Assembly: GCA_951406725.2 (NCBI GenBank) | Contig: OX597815.1 | Location: forward strand, 203,174,001-203,238,000 | Source: Octopus vulgaris | Taxonomy: Eukaryota | DNA: 64,000 nucleotides | Direction of reading: 5' to 3' | Shown: positions 27,550 to 42,490 of the stretch, piece after piece | Layout: each line of letters opens with the position of its first letter | Numbering within the stretch: position 1 is the first letter of the stretch | The notes under the pieces: model-generated | What the model saw: only the letters and a program-made list of their open reading frames with translations | What the model was told of the DNA's origin: nothing | Database searches by the model: none | Translations under genes and position numbers: made by a program

Positions 27550-30050
27550 GCATACCATACATCCTTTCTTTATTTCTGCTTCACGATCCTTACCATTGAT
27601 AATTCTTGGAGTATGCATCAGAATACATACATTTTCAACATCGTCTTTGTTCTCCTTATCAGTATGAAGCGGTTTGTCCCAAATTATCATATTTATATTA
27701 TTGTCCCATACTGAGTTGGTTACATGTCTAAAGCACTTATTCACACTTCACGTGTAAAAGAATTGATGTATTATGAAATGGTCGTAGCTGCCCACCCAGT
27801 CATGTATGAGGATAATTTTTGATTTTACGAACATTGTGCTGTCTGAAGTAATGTAATCAATTCTTTCTTTGTGCTGATTCTATAATCTGTGGGTATTTCT
27901 AACTTCCTGAGGTTTTCATTTTAAAGTTTTCAGTGTATCGTCATTGTCCATATGCAACTAAAATCAAACATCCATTTCTAATTTTTTTCGAAAGTATTTT
28001 AGACAGTTTTAGATGTCAATCAGGTTTACTTCCACCACTTTGTCGTGAATTGCAGAATATTGGCCACCGAATTTTTTTCATTGTTTTAAATTTAGGTTAT
28101 TTTGGCGCTCTTTTTCCATCGTATTTTCTCTATATTTCTGACGGTTTCTCTTACATTCTCTGTATTTTTCCTGTGAAGCAATTAGCTCCCAGTTTCTCAT
28201 TTTTACTATGGCATTATATATAAGTCCCTATATTTTCTTTATAACCACTCACAAGAGTAACTGTTCTTTTGCTTTCTTCAAAGAAATGTTAAAACTCATC
28301 ATCGTTACTGTATAAAATACTATATTGATATTAAAAGCTTCCTGCAAGTAAATTTATCTTGCCTGTATCGGATTCAAGATAGTGGCTCCAGAATGCAGTT
28401 CCATTTCTAAACACTTTACTTCACTTAACTGACAATTTAATATGCTGAAGCTATAGATTATAACTCGAGTGGATGGCATATTTATTCCTCTTATCTTATC
28501 ACTGGCATAAAATTAATTTCTTTTTCAATATTACTCTAACTCTTCTGAAAGATTCTTTATTAATTTTCTCTTTTATTTCTCTGCGTGATGCATCTCGACT
28601 ATTCTTAATTATTCATATTTCAATGTCTGAATGTAATTTAATATTTTCCGGTTTTATCAATTTGTACTTTTTGGCACATTAGTGTAATCAGTTTGTACTT
28701 TTTGGCACATTAGTGGAATTCTATTTATACTTTGATATCGTGGATCTCCAGTTGGTTGTTGTCTCTTATAAATACTTTTAAATCACCATTACTGAGAATA
28801 TATTTTAAAGTCGATTAACAGCATTTATAACTACTGATACTATCTTCCAGAAAATGCAAGGTTAAGCAAAATTGTAGAAGAGATAAGGAGTCAGCCTGAA
28901 AGATTGGTCTTTTCTAGGTATACATCTAAATTTTTAAGCATTTTTTTACCTTGCAGTATATAGTTGTTTTCCTCTTTGACAAGACATGATTAATACAGTT
29001 TCTTAATATTTAACTCAAATCCATTGTGTGGTCAGGAATATACTGCAAGATTCGAGTATGGTATGTGATTAGATGCTTTTCAGTAATCAATGGATACCAT
29101 ATTTCTTTCCTCTTCGTTAATTTCCTGGTTTGTTTAGTCATTTCCTTCTAAACAAACATCATTCCCCAATTTCAGCTCTGACAAGGTGTCATTCATTTCC
29201 TGAAGAAAAGCCCGTCTTTTACAGAGTATCGACGTAAGTTTATGGTATATATTCTGACAAACAGATTATTAATATATCAATATGCAATTCTGAGTGTTTC
29301 TGGAGCTCTCGTTTGTTGGAATCAGTATTGTCTTTCCTCTATTTATCAATCTGGCATGGGATCTGGTCTATTAACTAATTTGATGAATGTCTTTGTAACT
29401 GATTCATGATTTCAGTCAGAAACTAGAGACTATCAATTACTTGACATTTTCAGTTCTCTTGCAATATTTCTCACGTTAGTGGATTCCTAGTTAGTTATAT
29501 TAACAATACTTGAAATTCTATTCCATATCCTAATCCCTTTTTTCATCCATAGTATCATTAACCGTGTTTAATGATTTTCGTTCTATATTTAAGTTTATGT
29601 TGTTTGCATGTCACCTAATCTATTATTGTGTTTTTCGATATCTTTGTAACATGTTTAACTATTTTTTTTTTTCCAGATACTGGTTTATCGTGATAGAGGC
29701 GATCACTCTTCCTTAGTGTTTTCAACATGACTGTACAAAGATGATTTGCTTAAGCTTTTCATTTTATTTCTAGAACTTTTTTTCTCTTTTGCTGATATTA
29801 TAATCTCTCATGATTAATACTTTGTGTGTTGTGAGAATATATTAGAGTTCATTAGTTTCCATTTCGTTAATTTAAATATTTCTGATTTTTCTCAATGTTA
29901 ATTCTGGTAAATTTCTTCCCATTTACGTTTATTATCATTGGTAAGAGATGTGATCGGTGTTTTTTTTATTCATGTTCATGCTGGACATCTGCTTGGTTAT
30001 TCCGTTGTTCAGGTGGAATGATGCTCATCTTTGGGGTTTATGCTCATGTT
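27550..30050 (-). mobile_element. Possible ancient L1-like LINE remnant
   Basis: A-rich minus strand with vestigial RT-like words (EKAS near 29075, DKIRGIN near 28490); no open frame. Confidence 0.3.
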
Positions 30051-30088
30051 TCTATATCTGGTTTTACTTTTTTGAAATATGTAATACC

Positions 30089-30319
30089 TATTTCTTTATT
30101 ACCCACAAGGGGCTAAACACAGAGGGGACAAACAAGGACAGACATAGGTATTAAGTCGATTACAGACCCCAGTGCGTAACTGGTACTTAATTTATCGACC
30201 CCGAAAGGATGAAAGGCAAAGTCGACCTCGGCGGAATTTGAACTCACAACGTAACGCAGATGAAATACCGCTAAGCATTTCGCCCGGCGTGCTTAACGTT
30301 TCTGCCAGCTCGCCGCCTT
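30089..30319 (-). mobile_element. SINE family B with 14-bp TSD
   Basis: TSD aaatatgtaatacc at 30075-30088 and 30320-30333. Confidence 0.9.
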
Positions 30320-31161
30320 AAATATGTAATACCGTGTGTAGTTGAATTCGTTTTATTTTTATTATCATTTTAAGGCTCATCCATTATATGTTTAGCCATT
30401 TCTCTTACGTTATTTTCTGTCTTTTTCTAAGACATTTTTATTGTGTACATGCTTCTGTGTAGTTCATTAATTAGTTTGATCTGTTTTCTTTTATTTATTA
30501 ACCGTGTGTCTTTGTATGAGTTATTCTATTAAGTCAATTCTGGCTATAATTTCTATAGACAATCTGTAGAGAAATGCATAATAAGTTATTAATAGCAACG
30601 CTAACACAGTAGGACACAGTATTTGACTTATTAAACATTTAATATACTTTCAAGTATATTATGGCTGCATTACGAAATGCAGTGCCCCTTCATATCACCA
30701 AGATTTACGTACCAGCTGCCAGGAATATTTAGTATGTAAATTTGGTATATCCACTAATGTTACACCGCTTGTATGTAGTGGATATTTAAGTTATGAGTTC
30801 GTGGATATTTAATGAGTTGGATGGGTGCTGATGAAGAAACAGGAACTCCTGAAATGTGATATATACAGCAATTACGCATTTTCCATCTTCGACGTCACTG
30901 TCGTTTACATTAGGCGTACTCGAATACGAAACGTCGTTACAAATCATTTTTGGCGGTAATTTCTATAGAAAATTTGTAGAATTTACTTTAAAAAGAGAAA
31001 CATATGAATATTGAGTTCTAAACCAGGTTATTAGTCTCGCAATGCCATTGTGAAATAGATACATTAGTATCTATGTGTATATCTATGCATCTATATATGT
31101 GTCTGTGAGAATGGGTGTGTGTGTGTGTGTGTGTATTTAAGGGTGTGTATGTGTGTGTGTG

Positions 31162-31339
31162 TCTGGAAGCCATCTACTCGCAACACCAGAGGGCGCACAC
31201 TCTCCTACCCTGATGTAATCTCCAGGGATACAGGCATCCAGCAACAGGACCTCCGTAATGCCATGATGGACCGTGAAGTCTGGCGTAGCATGGTAAATTC
31301 CATTGTCTCGACCACGGTCGAACAATGATGATGATGATG
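31162..31339 (+). mobile_element. RTE-like LINE 3' end
   Basis: WKPSTRNTRGRTLSYPDVISRDTG...AMMDREVWRSMV* followed by (TGA)n tail; embedded in (TG)n. Confidence 0.75.
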
Positions 31340-31732
31340 TGTGTCTGAGTGTGAGCCCAAGATCGATATAAAACAAAAAGGTGTTATTACAACAGAAATT
31401 TTTGACGTAATAATAAATATCATTACAAAGGGATCACCAGTTTTATTCTGATCTTCGACATACAATGTATAATCTGTTCATATTTATATAATACGAAACA
31501 GAAGCCGAACAAACTATGTGTAATAAATGATAGACATCTAGATATCCATCGATTTATTCGTAGATTTATGCAAAAGTTAATTATAGTTACATTCGACATA
31601 TCAATCTTCAATACGGACAAATAAATGTGTGTGTGTATGTGTGTGTGTCAGTGCATGTACATATAATATATACCCTATACACATATAAATAAATATACCC
31701 ATATATATGTCTACCTGTATGAGTATATATCA

Positions 31733-31792
<60 letters not shown>

Positions 31793-31854
31793 ATATACAA
31801 ACATATAACGCACTCGTGTCGTTTCTATCCATCATCCGTCTCCCCTCTCTCTCT

Positions 31855-31917
<63 letters not shown>

Positions 31918-31965
31918 GGGTGTCCATAAAGTCTCTTGTACAGGGTGTCCATAAAGACTCTTGTA

Positions 31966-32888
31966 CAGGGTGTCCATAAAGTCTCTTTACAATTTATAAA
32001 AATTATTACAAAGGCAGTTGATGAAATATTTTAACCAGATTTGTTTTATTTTAATAATTGTTTATTAAAGTTTTTATTGATATTAATTTTTTTTGTATTT
32101 CACGTTCTCTGTTGAAGGAAGAAAACTGATTCACTGAACCCCTATAAAATGAGGATGAAGCATTCCTCGAGCGAGTTTGTTTTAGTGACGAGGCGACTTT
32201 CATGTTTCAGAGAAATTAAACAGACACAATGTGAGAATCTGGGGATCAGAACACCCCCATATGACTAGGGAGCTTCAACGGGATAGTCCAAAAGTGAATG
32301 TGTGGTGTGGAATCACGTGCAATCGAATAATTGGTCCATTTTTCTTCAACGAGGCAACATTGACTGCAAATGTTTACCTCGACCTTCTGACCGAATATGT
32401 GGCACCACAACTGATTGACTTACAACCAACCATCATTTCCCAGCAAGATGGTGCACCACCACATTGGGGACGGCATGTTCGTCAGTTCCTCAATTAAACA
32501 TTTCCAGACTGATGGATTGGAAGAGATGGGTCCATTCCATGGCCACCGCATTCGCCAGATATCACTCCCTTGGACTTCTTTTCATGGGGTTATGTAAAAG
32601 ATATCGTATATCAAACAATGATACGGGACGTTGCTGACTTGAAGCAAAGGATTCGTAATGCCATTGCCACTGTTGATGAGGCTATCCTACAGTGAACATG
32701 GCAAGAAATTGAGTACCGTCTTGATGTGCTTCGCGCAATTAAGGGTGCCCATATTGGGGTCTATTAAATAATAGTTAAAAACACTTTAGTAAACAATTAT
32801 TACAATAAAACAAATCTGGTTAAGATATCTTGTCAAATGCCTTTGTAATAAGATTTTTTAATTGTAAAGAGACTTTATGGACGCCATG
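31966..32888 (+). mobile_element. rosa (DD41D) transposon, internally deleted, with long TIRs
   Basis: TIR cagggtgtccataaagtctctttacaatt at both ends with TA flanks. FSDEATF, QQDGAPPH and WPPHSPDITPLDFF present; 41 residues counted between the 2nd and 3rd D. Confidence 0.92.
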
Positions 32889-32927
<39 letters not shown>

Positions 32928-33049
32928 GATATATATATGATATATATTTATATATATCATATATATCATATATATATATATATATATATATCATATATAC
33001 TTATTTATATATAATATATACATATTTATATATAATACATATATATATT

Positions 33050-33095
<46 letters not shown>

Positions 33096-33120
33096 CACAC
33101 ACGCACATACGTATATCTAT

Positions 33121-34337
33121 AAAGGGGTTGGACAAAATAATGGTAACACCTTAAAATTTCAAACAAATTTATTTTAATATGGGGTAGGACCGCCTTAGGC
33201 AGTAATTACGGTATGGACTCGGAGAAGCTTTGAATTGTTTCCAAAGTAATTTTTGTTCATTCTTCAGCTAAAACATTCTCCAGTTCTTGTAGTGATGGTG
33301 GTGGAGGATATCGACCCCTTACTTGTTTTTCTAAAATGCATCATAAATGTTCAATAATATTGTGATATGGGGACTGTGGTGGTCAGATAAGATGTTCAGT
33401 TTCACTAGAATGTTCCTCGTGTCATTCAGTAACAACTTTAGCTGTGTGAATTGGTGCATTATCATCCTGAAAGATTGCGTTTCCCTCCGGAAACAGTTCT
33501 GCAACCATAGGATGAATTTTATCAGATAAAATGCTTAAATACTCTTGAGTATTCATTCTGCTATTAAGGGAAACCATTGGGTCGGCGGATTTCCATGATA
33601 TAGCTCCCCAGATCATCACAGATCCTCCTCCGTGCTTAACAGTTGGAAGAAAGCAGTCTGGGTCAAATGCTTCTTTTGGCTGTCTCCACACGTACACTCG
33701 GCCGGTGGTCGGAAATAAGGTAAAGGATGACTCGATCGAGAAAATAACATCTGTCACTGCTCTAGGGATCAATTTTATTTTTACTCCACTCTAAACGCTT
33801 CGCAAAGTTTGTTTTTGAAAGTAGTGGTTTTCTGATTGCAGCCCTCCCGTGGAATCCAGCTATGTGCAGCTGCCGTTTTTGTGAAAACTCGGTTCTCGAG
33901 GTGGTCATTAAGCTCTGCAGTAATTTTGGGAGCTGTACTTTGTGATCCTTTCTAACAATTCGCGTAAGAGCTTCGGTTTTCTTCCGGAGTTTTGTTTCGA
34001 CGAGGAAGTTTTTCCCTCTTTCTCAAAGACTGTCATTACTTTCGAGACATTACTTTCTTGCTACACCAAACATTTCGACTGTTTTCGTTACGCTAGCGCC
34101 TGCCATACGAGCACCAACAATTTGATCTATTGAAAGTCCAATAGATCTGGCATTTTAATGAATTTTAATGACCTTTTTTTGATGATATCTGAAAAGAAAC
34201 AGCAATTTTAGCAAAACCTATTAAGCAACACAAATAATAAATCACAAAACATAAAAATAAACAACCCTTTGACGGTTTTATAGATATTTCAAAAGTATGT
34301 TTCTATGGTGCTAGGCGGTGTCATTATTTTGTCCAAC

Positions 34338-34341
<4 letters not shown>
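33121..34341 (-). mobile_element. Tc1-like (DD34E-type) transposon, decayed
   Basis: TIR gggttggacaaaataatg at both ends; VKHGGGSVMIWG and FQDDNAPIH, then PPQSP..NIIEH. Confidence 0.9.
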
Positions 34342-34375
<34 letters not shown>

Positions 34376-34386
34376 TATGTATGTAT

Positions 34387-34434
<48 letters not shown>

Positions 34435-34838
34435 GGCGCAGGAGTGGCTGTGTGGTAAGTAGCTTGTTTACCAACCACATGGTTCCGGGTTCAGTCTCAC
34501 TGCGTGGCACCTTGGGCAAGTGTCTTCTGCTATAGCCTCGGGCTGACCAAAGCCTTGTGAGTGGATTTGGTAGACGGAAACTGAAAGAAGCCCGTCGTAT
34601 ATATGTATATATATGCGTGTGTGTGTTTGTATGTCTGTGTTTGTCCCACTAGCATTGCTTGACAACCGATGCTGGCGTGTTTATGTCCCCCTTAGCGGTT
34701 CGGCAAAAGAGACCGATAGAATAAGTACTGGGCTTACAAAAGAATAAGTCCCGGTGTCGAGTTGCTCGATTAAAGGCGGTGCTCCAGCATGGCCGCAGTC
34801 AAATGACTGAAACAAGTAAAAGAGTAAAGAGTAAAGAG
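34435..34838 (+). mobile_element. SINE family A
   Basis: Full copy. Confidence 0.92.
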
Positions 34839-35835
34839 ATATGTATTTATGTATAAATACATACATATACATACATATAGATAGATAGATGTGCTTGTGT
34901 TTGTACATAGGTGAATATATGCTTATATATATATATATATATATAGATAGATATAGATATAGATAGATATAGATATAGATATATATACAAATGTATATTT
35001 ATATATATGTGATATATATAAATACATTATATATATATATATATATATTTACAGATATAGACAGACAGAGTATAGACATGAATATATGTACATCTATATG
35101 TATATACAAAGAGAAGATAGATTGTATTGATGCTCGTTATAAATTTCCGCTATATGTGTAAAGGAATATGTCTCAAGGAAATGTTATTTATATGTAATCC
35201 AAATATGGTACTGTTTCCCATATGACATATAGTGAAGGCAAATTTTCTATGAACTGTCAAGACTATCCAAGCATCTATCATGCGAACTGAAGACGAGAAT
35301 AACTCGAATAATATCAGTTTATTGATATTTTAGGAAAAAGACAAAACGATGAATGACATTAATGTTAGATATGCTCGCGTTAATGTTCGATATACTCACA
35401 CACACGCATGCGCGGGCACACACTTATACGTACAAACATGCACAGAATCAACCAAGAACATCTTTTAGCAATATAACCGTCTTAATTGGTTTCAGAATTA
35501 AACCCACGCACAAATATCAACAATTGCAAACACAATGCAAGAGTAAAAAGAAACTAAGAAAAAAAAACCTTAACTGGATTAACAACTCTTGAATCATTAA
35601 TCAAATTATAATCATTCGCCCCTTTAATAAATACCGAATGACAAATGCAGAAAAAATAACATTTAATCGGCAAACATGAAACGCAAATAAATGAACACGT
35701 GGAGTCACGAGGTCAGATACACGTCAAGAAATATGAATAACCGACCAAACGGTTCTCAGCGGAATATCGCAATGACGTCCAACGAGATATTCAGTTTTAA
35801 TAATCATTTATATAGACATATATAAGACATATATA

Positions 35836-36248
35836 GGCGCAGGTGTGGCTGCGTGGTAAGTAGCTTGCTAACCAACCACATGGTTCCGGGTTCAGTCCCA
35901 CTGCGTGGCATCTTGGGCAAGTGTCTTCTGCTATAGCCCCGGGCCGACCAATGCCTTGTGAGTGGATTTGGTAGACGGAAACTGAAAGAAGCCTGTCGTA
36001 TATATCTATATGTATATATGTGTGTGTGTATGTGGGTGTGTATGTCTGTGTTTGTCCCCCTAGCATTGCTTGACAACCGATGCTGGTGTGTTTATGTCCC
36101 CATTACTTAGCGGTTCGGCAAAAGAGACCGATAGAATAAATACTGGGCTTACAAAGAATAAGTCCCGGGGTCGATTTCCTCGACTAAAGGCGGTGCTCCA
36201 GCATGGCCGCAGTCAAATGACTGAAACAAGTAAAAGAGTAAAAGAGTA
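35836..36248 (+). mobile_element. SINE family A
   Basis: Full copy. Confidence 0.92.
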
Positions 36249-36262
36249 TATGCATACGTACA

Positions 36263-36300
<38 letters not shown>

Positions 36301-36309
36301 GTGTGTGTG

Positions 36310-36592
36310 TCGGGCTCCCAATCATGATGTAGTGAGTTCGATTCCCGGACCAGGTTGTGTGTCATTTTCTGTTCTTCAGCAAGACACTTTATTTCATGTT
36401 GCTCCAGTTCACTCAGCTGTAGAAATGAGTTGCAACGACACCGGTGCCAAGCTGTATCGGCCCCTTTGCCTTTCTCTCGGATAACATCTGTGGCGTGGAG
36501 ACGGGAAGTTAGTATGCATGGGTGACTGCTGGTCTTCCATAAAAAATCTTGCCACAGGTGGTAACTTTCTAGGTGCAATCCCATCGTTATTC
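36310..36592 (+). mobile_element. SINE family D (5'-truncated tRNA head), joined to a family A fragment (36593-36645)
   Basis: B box gagttcgattccc; central agcaagacactt...ctccagttcactcagctgtagaaatgagt typical of conserved SINE cores. Confidence 0.65.
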
Positions 36593-36641
36593 AAAGCCTT
36601 GTGAGTGGATTTGCTAGACAGAAACTAAAAGAAACCCGTCG

Positions 36642-36725
36642 TATATATGTACGTATGCATGTATGTATGTATGTATGTATGTATGCATGCATGTATGTAT
36701 GTATGTATGTATGTATGTACGTATG

Positions 36726-36759
<34 letters not shown>

Positions 36760-36862
36760 TGTATGTATGTATGTATGTACGTATGTATGTATGTATGTAT
36801 GTACTATGTATGTATGTATGTATGTATGTATGTATGTATATATATATATGTATGTGTGTGTG
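36642..36862. repeat. (TATG)n
   Basis: Direct array. Confidence 0.95.
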
Positions 36863-37067
36863 TTATTGCTTGTTGGATAGCTAACAGTGCATTTTGTTTA
36901 CATATTTTTAATTAATTCAGATTCCCTCTCTTAACGCATGCGCCTTAATACAATTAATTCACGTCTGTTTAATCGAAACATCTGTTTATAAAATATGGAC
37001 AAACGACAGACAACATTAGCTAAAGAGAGAAAGAATGAAGAAGATTATACTTCAAAAAATAAGCATA

Positions 37068-37476
37068 GGCGCAGGAGTGGCTGTGTGGTAGGTAGCTTCT
37101 CTACCAACCACATGGTTCCGGGTTCAGTCCCATTGCGTGGCACCCTGGGCAAGTGTCTTCTACTATAGCCTCGGGCCGACCAAAGCCTTGTGAGTGGATT
37201 TGGTAGACGGAAACTGAAAGAAGCCCGTCGTATATATGTATATATATATATATATGCGTGTGTGTGTTTTTGTGTCTGTGTTTGTCCCCTAGCATTGCTT
37301 GACAACCGATGCTGGTGTGTTTATGTCCCCGTTACTTAGCAGTTCGGGAAAAGAGACCGATAGAATAAGTACTGGGCTTACAAAAGAATAAGTCCCGGGG
37401 TCGAGTTGTCGATTAAAAGGCGGTGCTCCAGCATGGCCGCAGTCGAATAACTGAAACAAGTAAAAGAATAAAAGAG
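37068..37476 (+). mobile_element. SINE family A
   Basis: Full copy. Confidence 0.92.
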
Positions 37477-38967
37477 TATGTACTGCATATAGGATGTGTC
37501 AGCCTCCAAATAATTGCATTGTAGCCACTTCAGTAACAGGTGAACAAGATGGAATGTGCTTCCAAATAATTCGCATGAAGCTGGCTCCAAATGACTCCAA
37601 CCTTCATTTCATTACAGAAAGAGTTCAGTTCCCTGTAAGGCCGTCCTACTCTCTGATAATAAATAATGCACACAGGCAGACATTTAACAAAATTGTAAAT
37701 AGATAACATTTAATCAATATATATGAATAAGTTTAATCTTTTTAATTTGTCTTTTATTTCCTTAAACTATGAAGCGCATTATATCTGTCAAATTTATTAC
37801 AAGGAAGTAAATAAGCAATACCTTATCAAACGGCAGGTTATCAAAATAGATTTTTGAAACTCCTTGCTTGTGTTAAACATACTAACATCATGTTTTCAAA
37901 TGTGCTGGCTTATACCGAGGAATATTTTTCACGGGTCCTGCTAGTATTTATAGTTATATAACATTCTTCGATTTATCTCTTCTTATTCTTTTCCTATGTT
38001 ATCTTTTATTCATTTCAAAATTCTCCGCTTTTCTTTCCTTTCATTTCATTTTTTCTTTCGTCCTTCCTTATTTAATTCCTTACATTTTTACAACGCTTCC
38101 TACCTTTCATAGTCTACGGGAGTGAATGCTTATACTGTATTTAGCCGGCAAAGAGTCTTTAGCTACTCAGTTGCAAAGTGAGCCCAAAATGTTCCTTCCT
38201 TTTACATTTGTCTTTAAACGAACTCGGCAAGGTAACATGCCCTTATTTTATCTTCTAATTCTGATTTATGACAAGTCTCTGCTAGTTTGATTCTTTGTAA
38301 CTATTAATAACCTTTTATTTGCTCAATGCGTTTCCTTCTCGTTTCCTTTTTCTCCATCAATTCTTACTTTGCATACTTTTCTCTCTTCTACCCCCCCCCC
38401 TTCTTCACTTCTCTTATTTCTCGTCGCTCGATATCCCACACTCTTTCTTACTATCACAATTTCTAACTCACCGTCACTAACCCACATTTCCTCCGTCTTT
38501 TATTGGTGTTTCTATAATCTCAAATACCAGTCCGCTACCAGATAGGTCTGATTTTGATACCACTTCGCAAAAACAGTTCGGATGAGTTAGCAGAAAGGCT
38601 ATAACTTCGATTCGCATAGATTTCATGTTTACGTGTTCATAATGTTTTTCTATGTTTTATGTGTAATATAACATCAGTACACATATTCGGTTTCGAATCT
38701 ATTCTTACATCAACTTGTCGCTGAATTTTTGAAACAGATGTAAATTTACTACTTTAATTGTTACATTTATGGCTACGTTTGTATGACATTTATTGTAAAC
38801 TATATCAAATATATAATCTTATATATACATGTTTGTGCATCTGTTTTACTTTTATTACATGTTTGAGCTAGCTACATTGCTTGTAGCCAGCTCTTTATCT
38901 TCGTAATTATGTTACCCAGATTAGAAAGCATTCTCCATATTCTAGCATCTACTCAACCATAAGGAGA

Positions 38968-39173
38968 ATATATATATATAAGAAAATGGAGGAACACATT
39001 AGTTGGTTTATCAGCTTTAGGATATTAGAATGTTGTCTTATTTAATTATCAAAACTACAACCAAAATAACATACATATATACAGTATAAAATTCAATACA
39101 TTTAAGATAAGAATACAAGTAATTATTAAAAACATAATATACATTGTTAGAATCATTAAATTTCTTACAGCTG

Positions 39174-39236
<63 letters not shown>

Positions 39237-39345
39237 AAATAATAAGGGTGAAAAATTGAATATTAATTTAATTAATATCAATTTAAAACCAGTGGTCTGG
39301 CACATACATATAATAGGGATTTCCACTTACAGGACATCCCTTTTA
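38968..39345 (-). mobile_element. Two Penelope-like terminal fragments around a (TA)n array
   Basis: 38971-39175 starts on - at AACAGCTGTA (HHR stem III) and shares its end with 14258-14310. 39241-39302 resembles the reverse complement of 15210-15275. Confidence 0.5.
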
Positions 39346-41927
39346 TGTGTATGTAATATATATATATACATAAATGTATATATATGTACATCACACACAA
39401 GTACATACGTGCATACACATGCAGGCGAATATACTACAAATCTACACGTTGTCTCACATGTCAACCATAATGCACTTCCCAACTTAATATTATGAGGTAG
39501 ACAACACTAGCTCCAAGTGATGCGGAATGGAATCCATCTCAAAAAACTGCATAGATGCAGAGTCTCCTTCTTAACCATGAATTAAAAATCATGTCCAGTA
39601 TTGCATCATTTTCACTATTTTATTTTAATTATCGTTACATTTCGTTTTACTTTCAAGAGTAAAAGTGTGTGTCAATTTGCTGTTTTTAAAATGTGTGATT
39701 TTCTTCATCCTTTTCATATTTTATGATGGTATTAATCTGCGTTCATTTTGTGAGGAAGCAAGCATTTCCTGTATTAATTTTTTTTTAATATGGTGAAAGT
39801 TCCGTTAGTTTACTGTTCTCTCTATATTTTGTTTTATATTTTGTTTCATTTGTGCAATTAACGGAGCAATTTTATTTTCAGCCTCAGTATATTATTTTTC
39901 AACCCGAATAGAAAGAACAAATTTATCCAGAACGCTATTCAAACCCCAAAATGTAGAACACAGAAGTTATTATCTCAGAACAGTAGTTTTTGCCACTTTC
40001 TTAGTCAATTTACTTTATCAAACAACGCCTTTAATATTTTTGCTAGCACTTGCAAAGCTTTATTTAGGAGAGAGACATTTTTGTGTATTCTGTTGTTTCC
40101 TGAGGCTATGATTCATATATAGCGAGTTAAAGCATGTGATTGTTTGAAACATTAGATGTTTGACAAAATGGTTTCCAGTAAACATATCTTTACAGAGCGG
40201 TGTCATTTACAATATGCTCCTGGTGTCAGTTACAATAAATACTAGCTATATATTGGGAAAGTTCCATCAACTATAGAGAGTCCATCTTTAAAGTATGTGC
40301 GACCTTCAGCTCAAAACTAAAATCAATACATGTAGAATGGTCGCATTTAATTTGAATATCATTTCTTATCGATTTTTTAAAAAGTTATTTTTAGTTATTA
40401 GTTTAATTAGAATGCATCAGTGTGTTGTTTTAGTGCATTCACATCTTTAATAACAATTTAACTGAAACTGATACATTTTGGATACATTATATTTTGCATG
40501 TAGCAATACTAGATTAGAAGGAACTGACAAGGAAAACAATTTGTTATAAACTAGCTAAAAGAATGAACGCAAAATGAAATGAAGTGATAGCATAATCCTG
40601 ATGTACATTTATTAAAAAGAAATCCATAATGTTTTGAATTATCCTATTATTCATGCTTTATTCTTGAGGTTTATTGAAATATAATATTTTCAGAGAAATC
40701 TATTTTCTCTAATTATCGCTATATTTCCAAAAATATACAAAAAACTGCAATATAAAAATATAAATAACTGAAACAAAAATCAGTGTGATTTTCAAACGGC
40801 TGCTTTCATTCAGCGATATTCTGACCTCGTTTCAGCAATTTGTTGGGAGGTCAGAATCACTCGATCGAATCAAGTCTAGTACGTCAAAACTATTTTAATC
40901 ATCCTTGCAAGAATGAAAAACCTAAAGTAAAAGAACAACGTATTGGATGTTACTGTTCAATCAGAAAGCTGTAGGAATGGCTGTAAAGTCTTTAGATATA
41001 CGTATGTGAACTCAATTAGTGCTCATCTATGGCTAAATAGCAACAATAATTAATGGAATTATATTAACGACTCTCGTAGAATTTAAATTCAGAAAGCGAA
41101 ACGACACTTCGAAATGCTTGATGAATTCTGCCCGTTATTATACTATTGTTCCTGGTATTAATATATAAAACTACATTCCGATGGACAGGAATTCTCAAGG
41201 ACGCTATTCAGAATCTCTTTAGTGAACATCGAAAATCTTTTGTAATTTAATAGAATATAGATTTCAGTGAAGTGAAAAAACTTCAATCTGCGTCTCATTT
41301 GATGCATTACGGAGAGCAGCACTTGATTTACAGATCTCGATATTGAAACAATAGCATTTATTAGAGGTAAACAAGTATGTTTGTTTCCATGGCTTCACGG
41401 AATTATAATCAATGTCTGATAGGAAAAAAATATCTATATATGTGTCTGTGTGAGTGATAGTGCTGTGAGAGTCTGTGTTTCTGTGTTTGCATTTTCTTCC
41501 ATTAGAGATTGATTAAAATTTCATCATATGTGTATATACATATATATGTATATATATTTGTATGTATATGCATCTGTGCGTCAGTGTAGCTCTCTGTCTG
41601 TAAATCTGTATATATACATATATATATATATATATGTGTGTGTATGCGTATGTGCTTATGGGTGAGCTTGTATGAAACAGTATGTCTGCGAAATCCATTT
41701 AAAGAACCATATATTATCGATCACTGAAACCAATAACGGAGTGGTTAAAATCTTCGCTTGAACATAATTCATGAATGAACAGAACCATGAAGAATATTGA
41801 AATATCCTCGTCAGATTGACAAATCTCACGATCTTAAATGAGGTTAATACTCTATGTAAGCAACAATGATTAACCTCTACATTTCAAGCTTACACAGGCA
41901 GCCAAATATGTAGAATTAGTACACATA

Positions 41928-42087
41928 GACATACATTCATACATGCATACATATATACATACGTACATACATGCATGCATACATACATGCATACATACAT
42001 ACCTACATATATGCATATATACATACATACATACATACATACATACATACATGCATGCATACATACATACATACATACATACATACA

Positions 42088-42116
<29 letters not shown>
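41928..42116. repeat. (TACA)n
   Basis: Direct array. Confidence 0.95.
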
Positions 42117-42118
<2 letters not shown>

Positions 42119-42295
42119 CTACGTATATACATGTCTGTATGTGAATCATTATGATCATTAATATTTGTTTTACTATTTTTTTTTCTTCTTTCAAATTTGC
42201 TTTCATTTCTTGCCGAGCGTCTTCCCGACTCCTAGGGCAAAGAAACTCATAGTATGCATTGGTAGGCCATTAAACCAAACCCAATAGTTCGTTCA

Positions 42296-42299
<4 letters not shown>

Positions 42300-42387
<88 letters not shown>

Positions 42388-42490
42388 CATCATTATTATT
42401 ATTATCATTATTATTATCATTATTATTATTATTATCATCATTATCATTATTATTATTATTATCATCATCATCATCTTTATTATTATTATT
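42300..42490. repeat. (TTA)n/(TCA)n
   Basis: Direct array. Confidence 0.95.

Noticed and set aside
30826-30870. CTGATGA...aggaactcct-GAAA hammerhead-like motif
   Set aside because: Core-to-stem II spacing is wrong and stems I and III cannot be formed convincingly; possibly an old remnant
35287-35320. CTGAAGA-c-gag aataa ctc-GAAT motif
   Set aside because: GAAA is broken and there is no stem I
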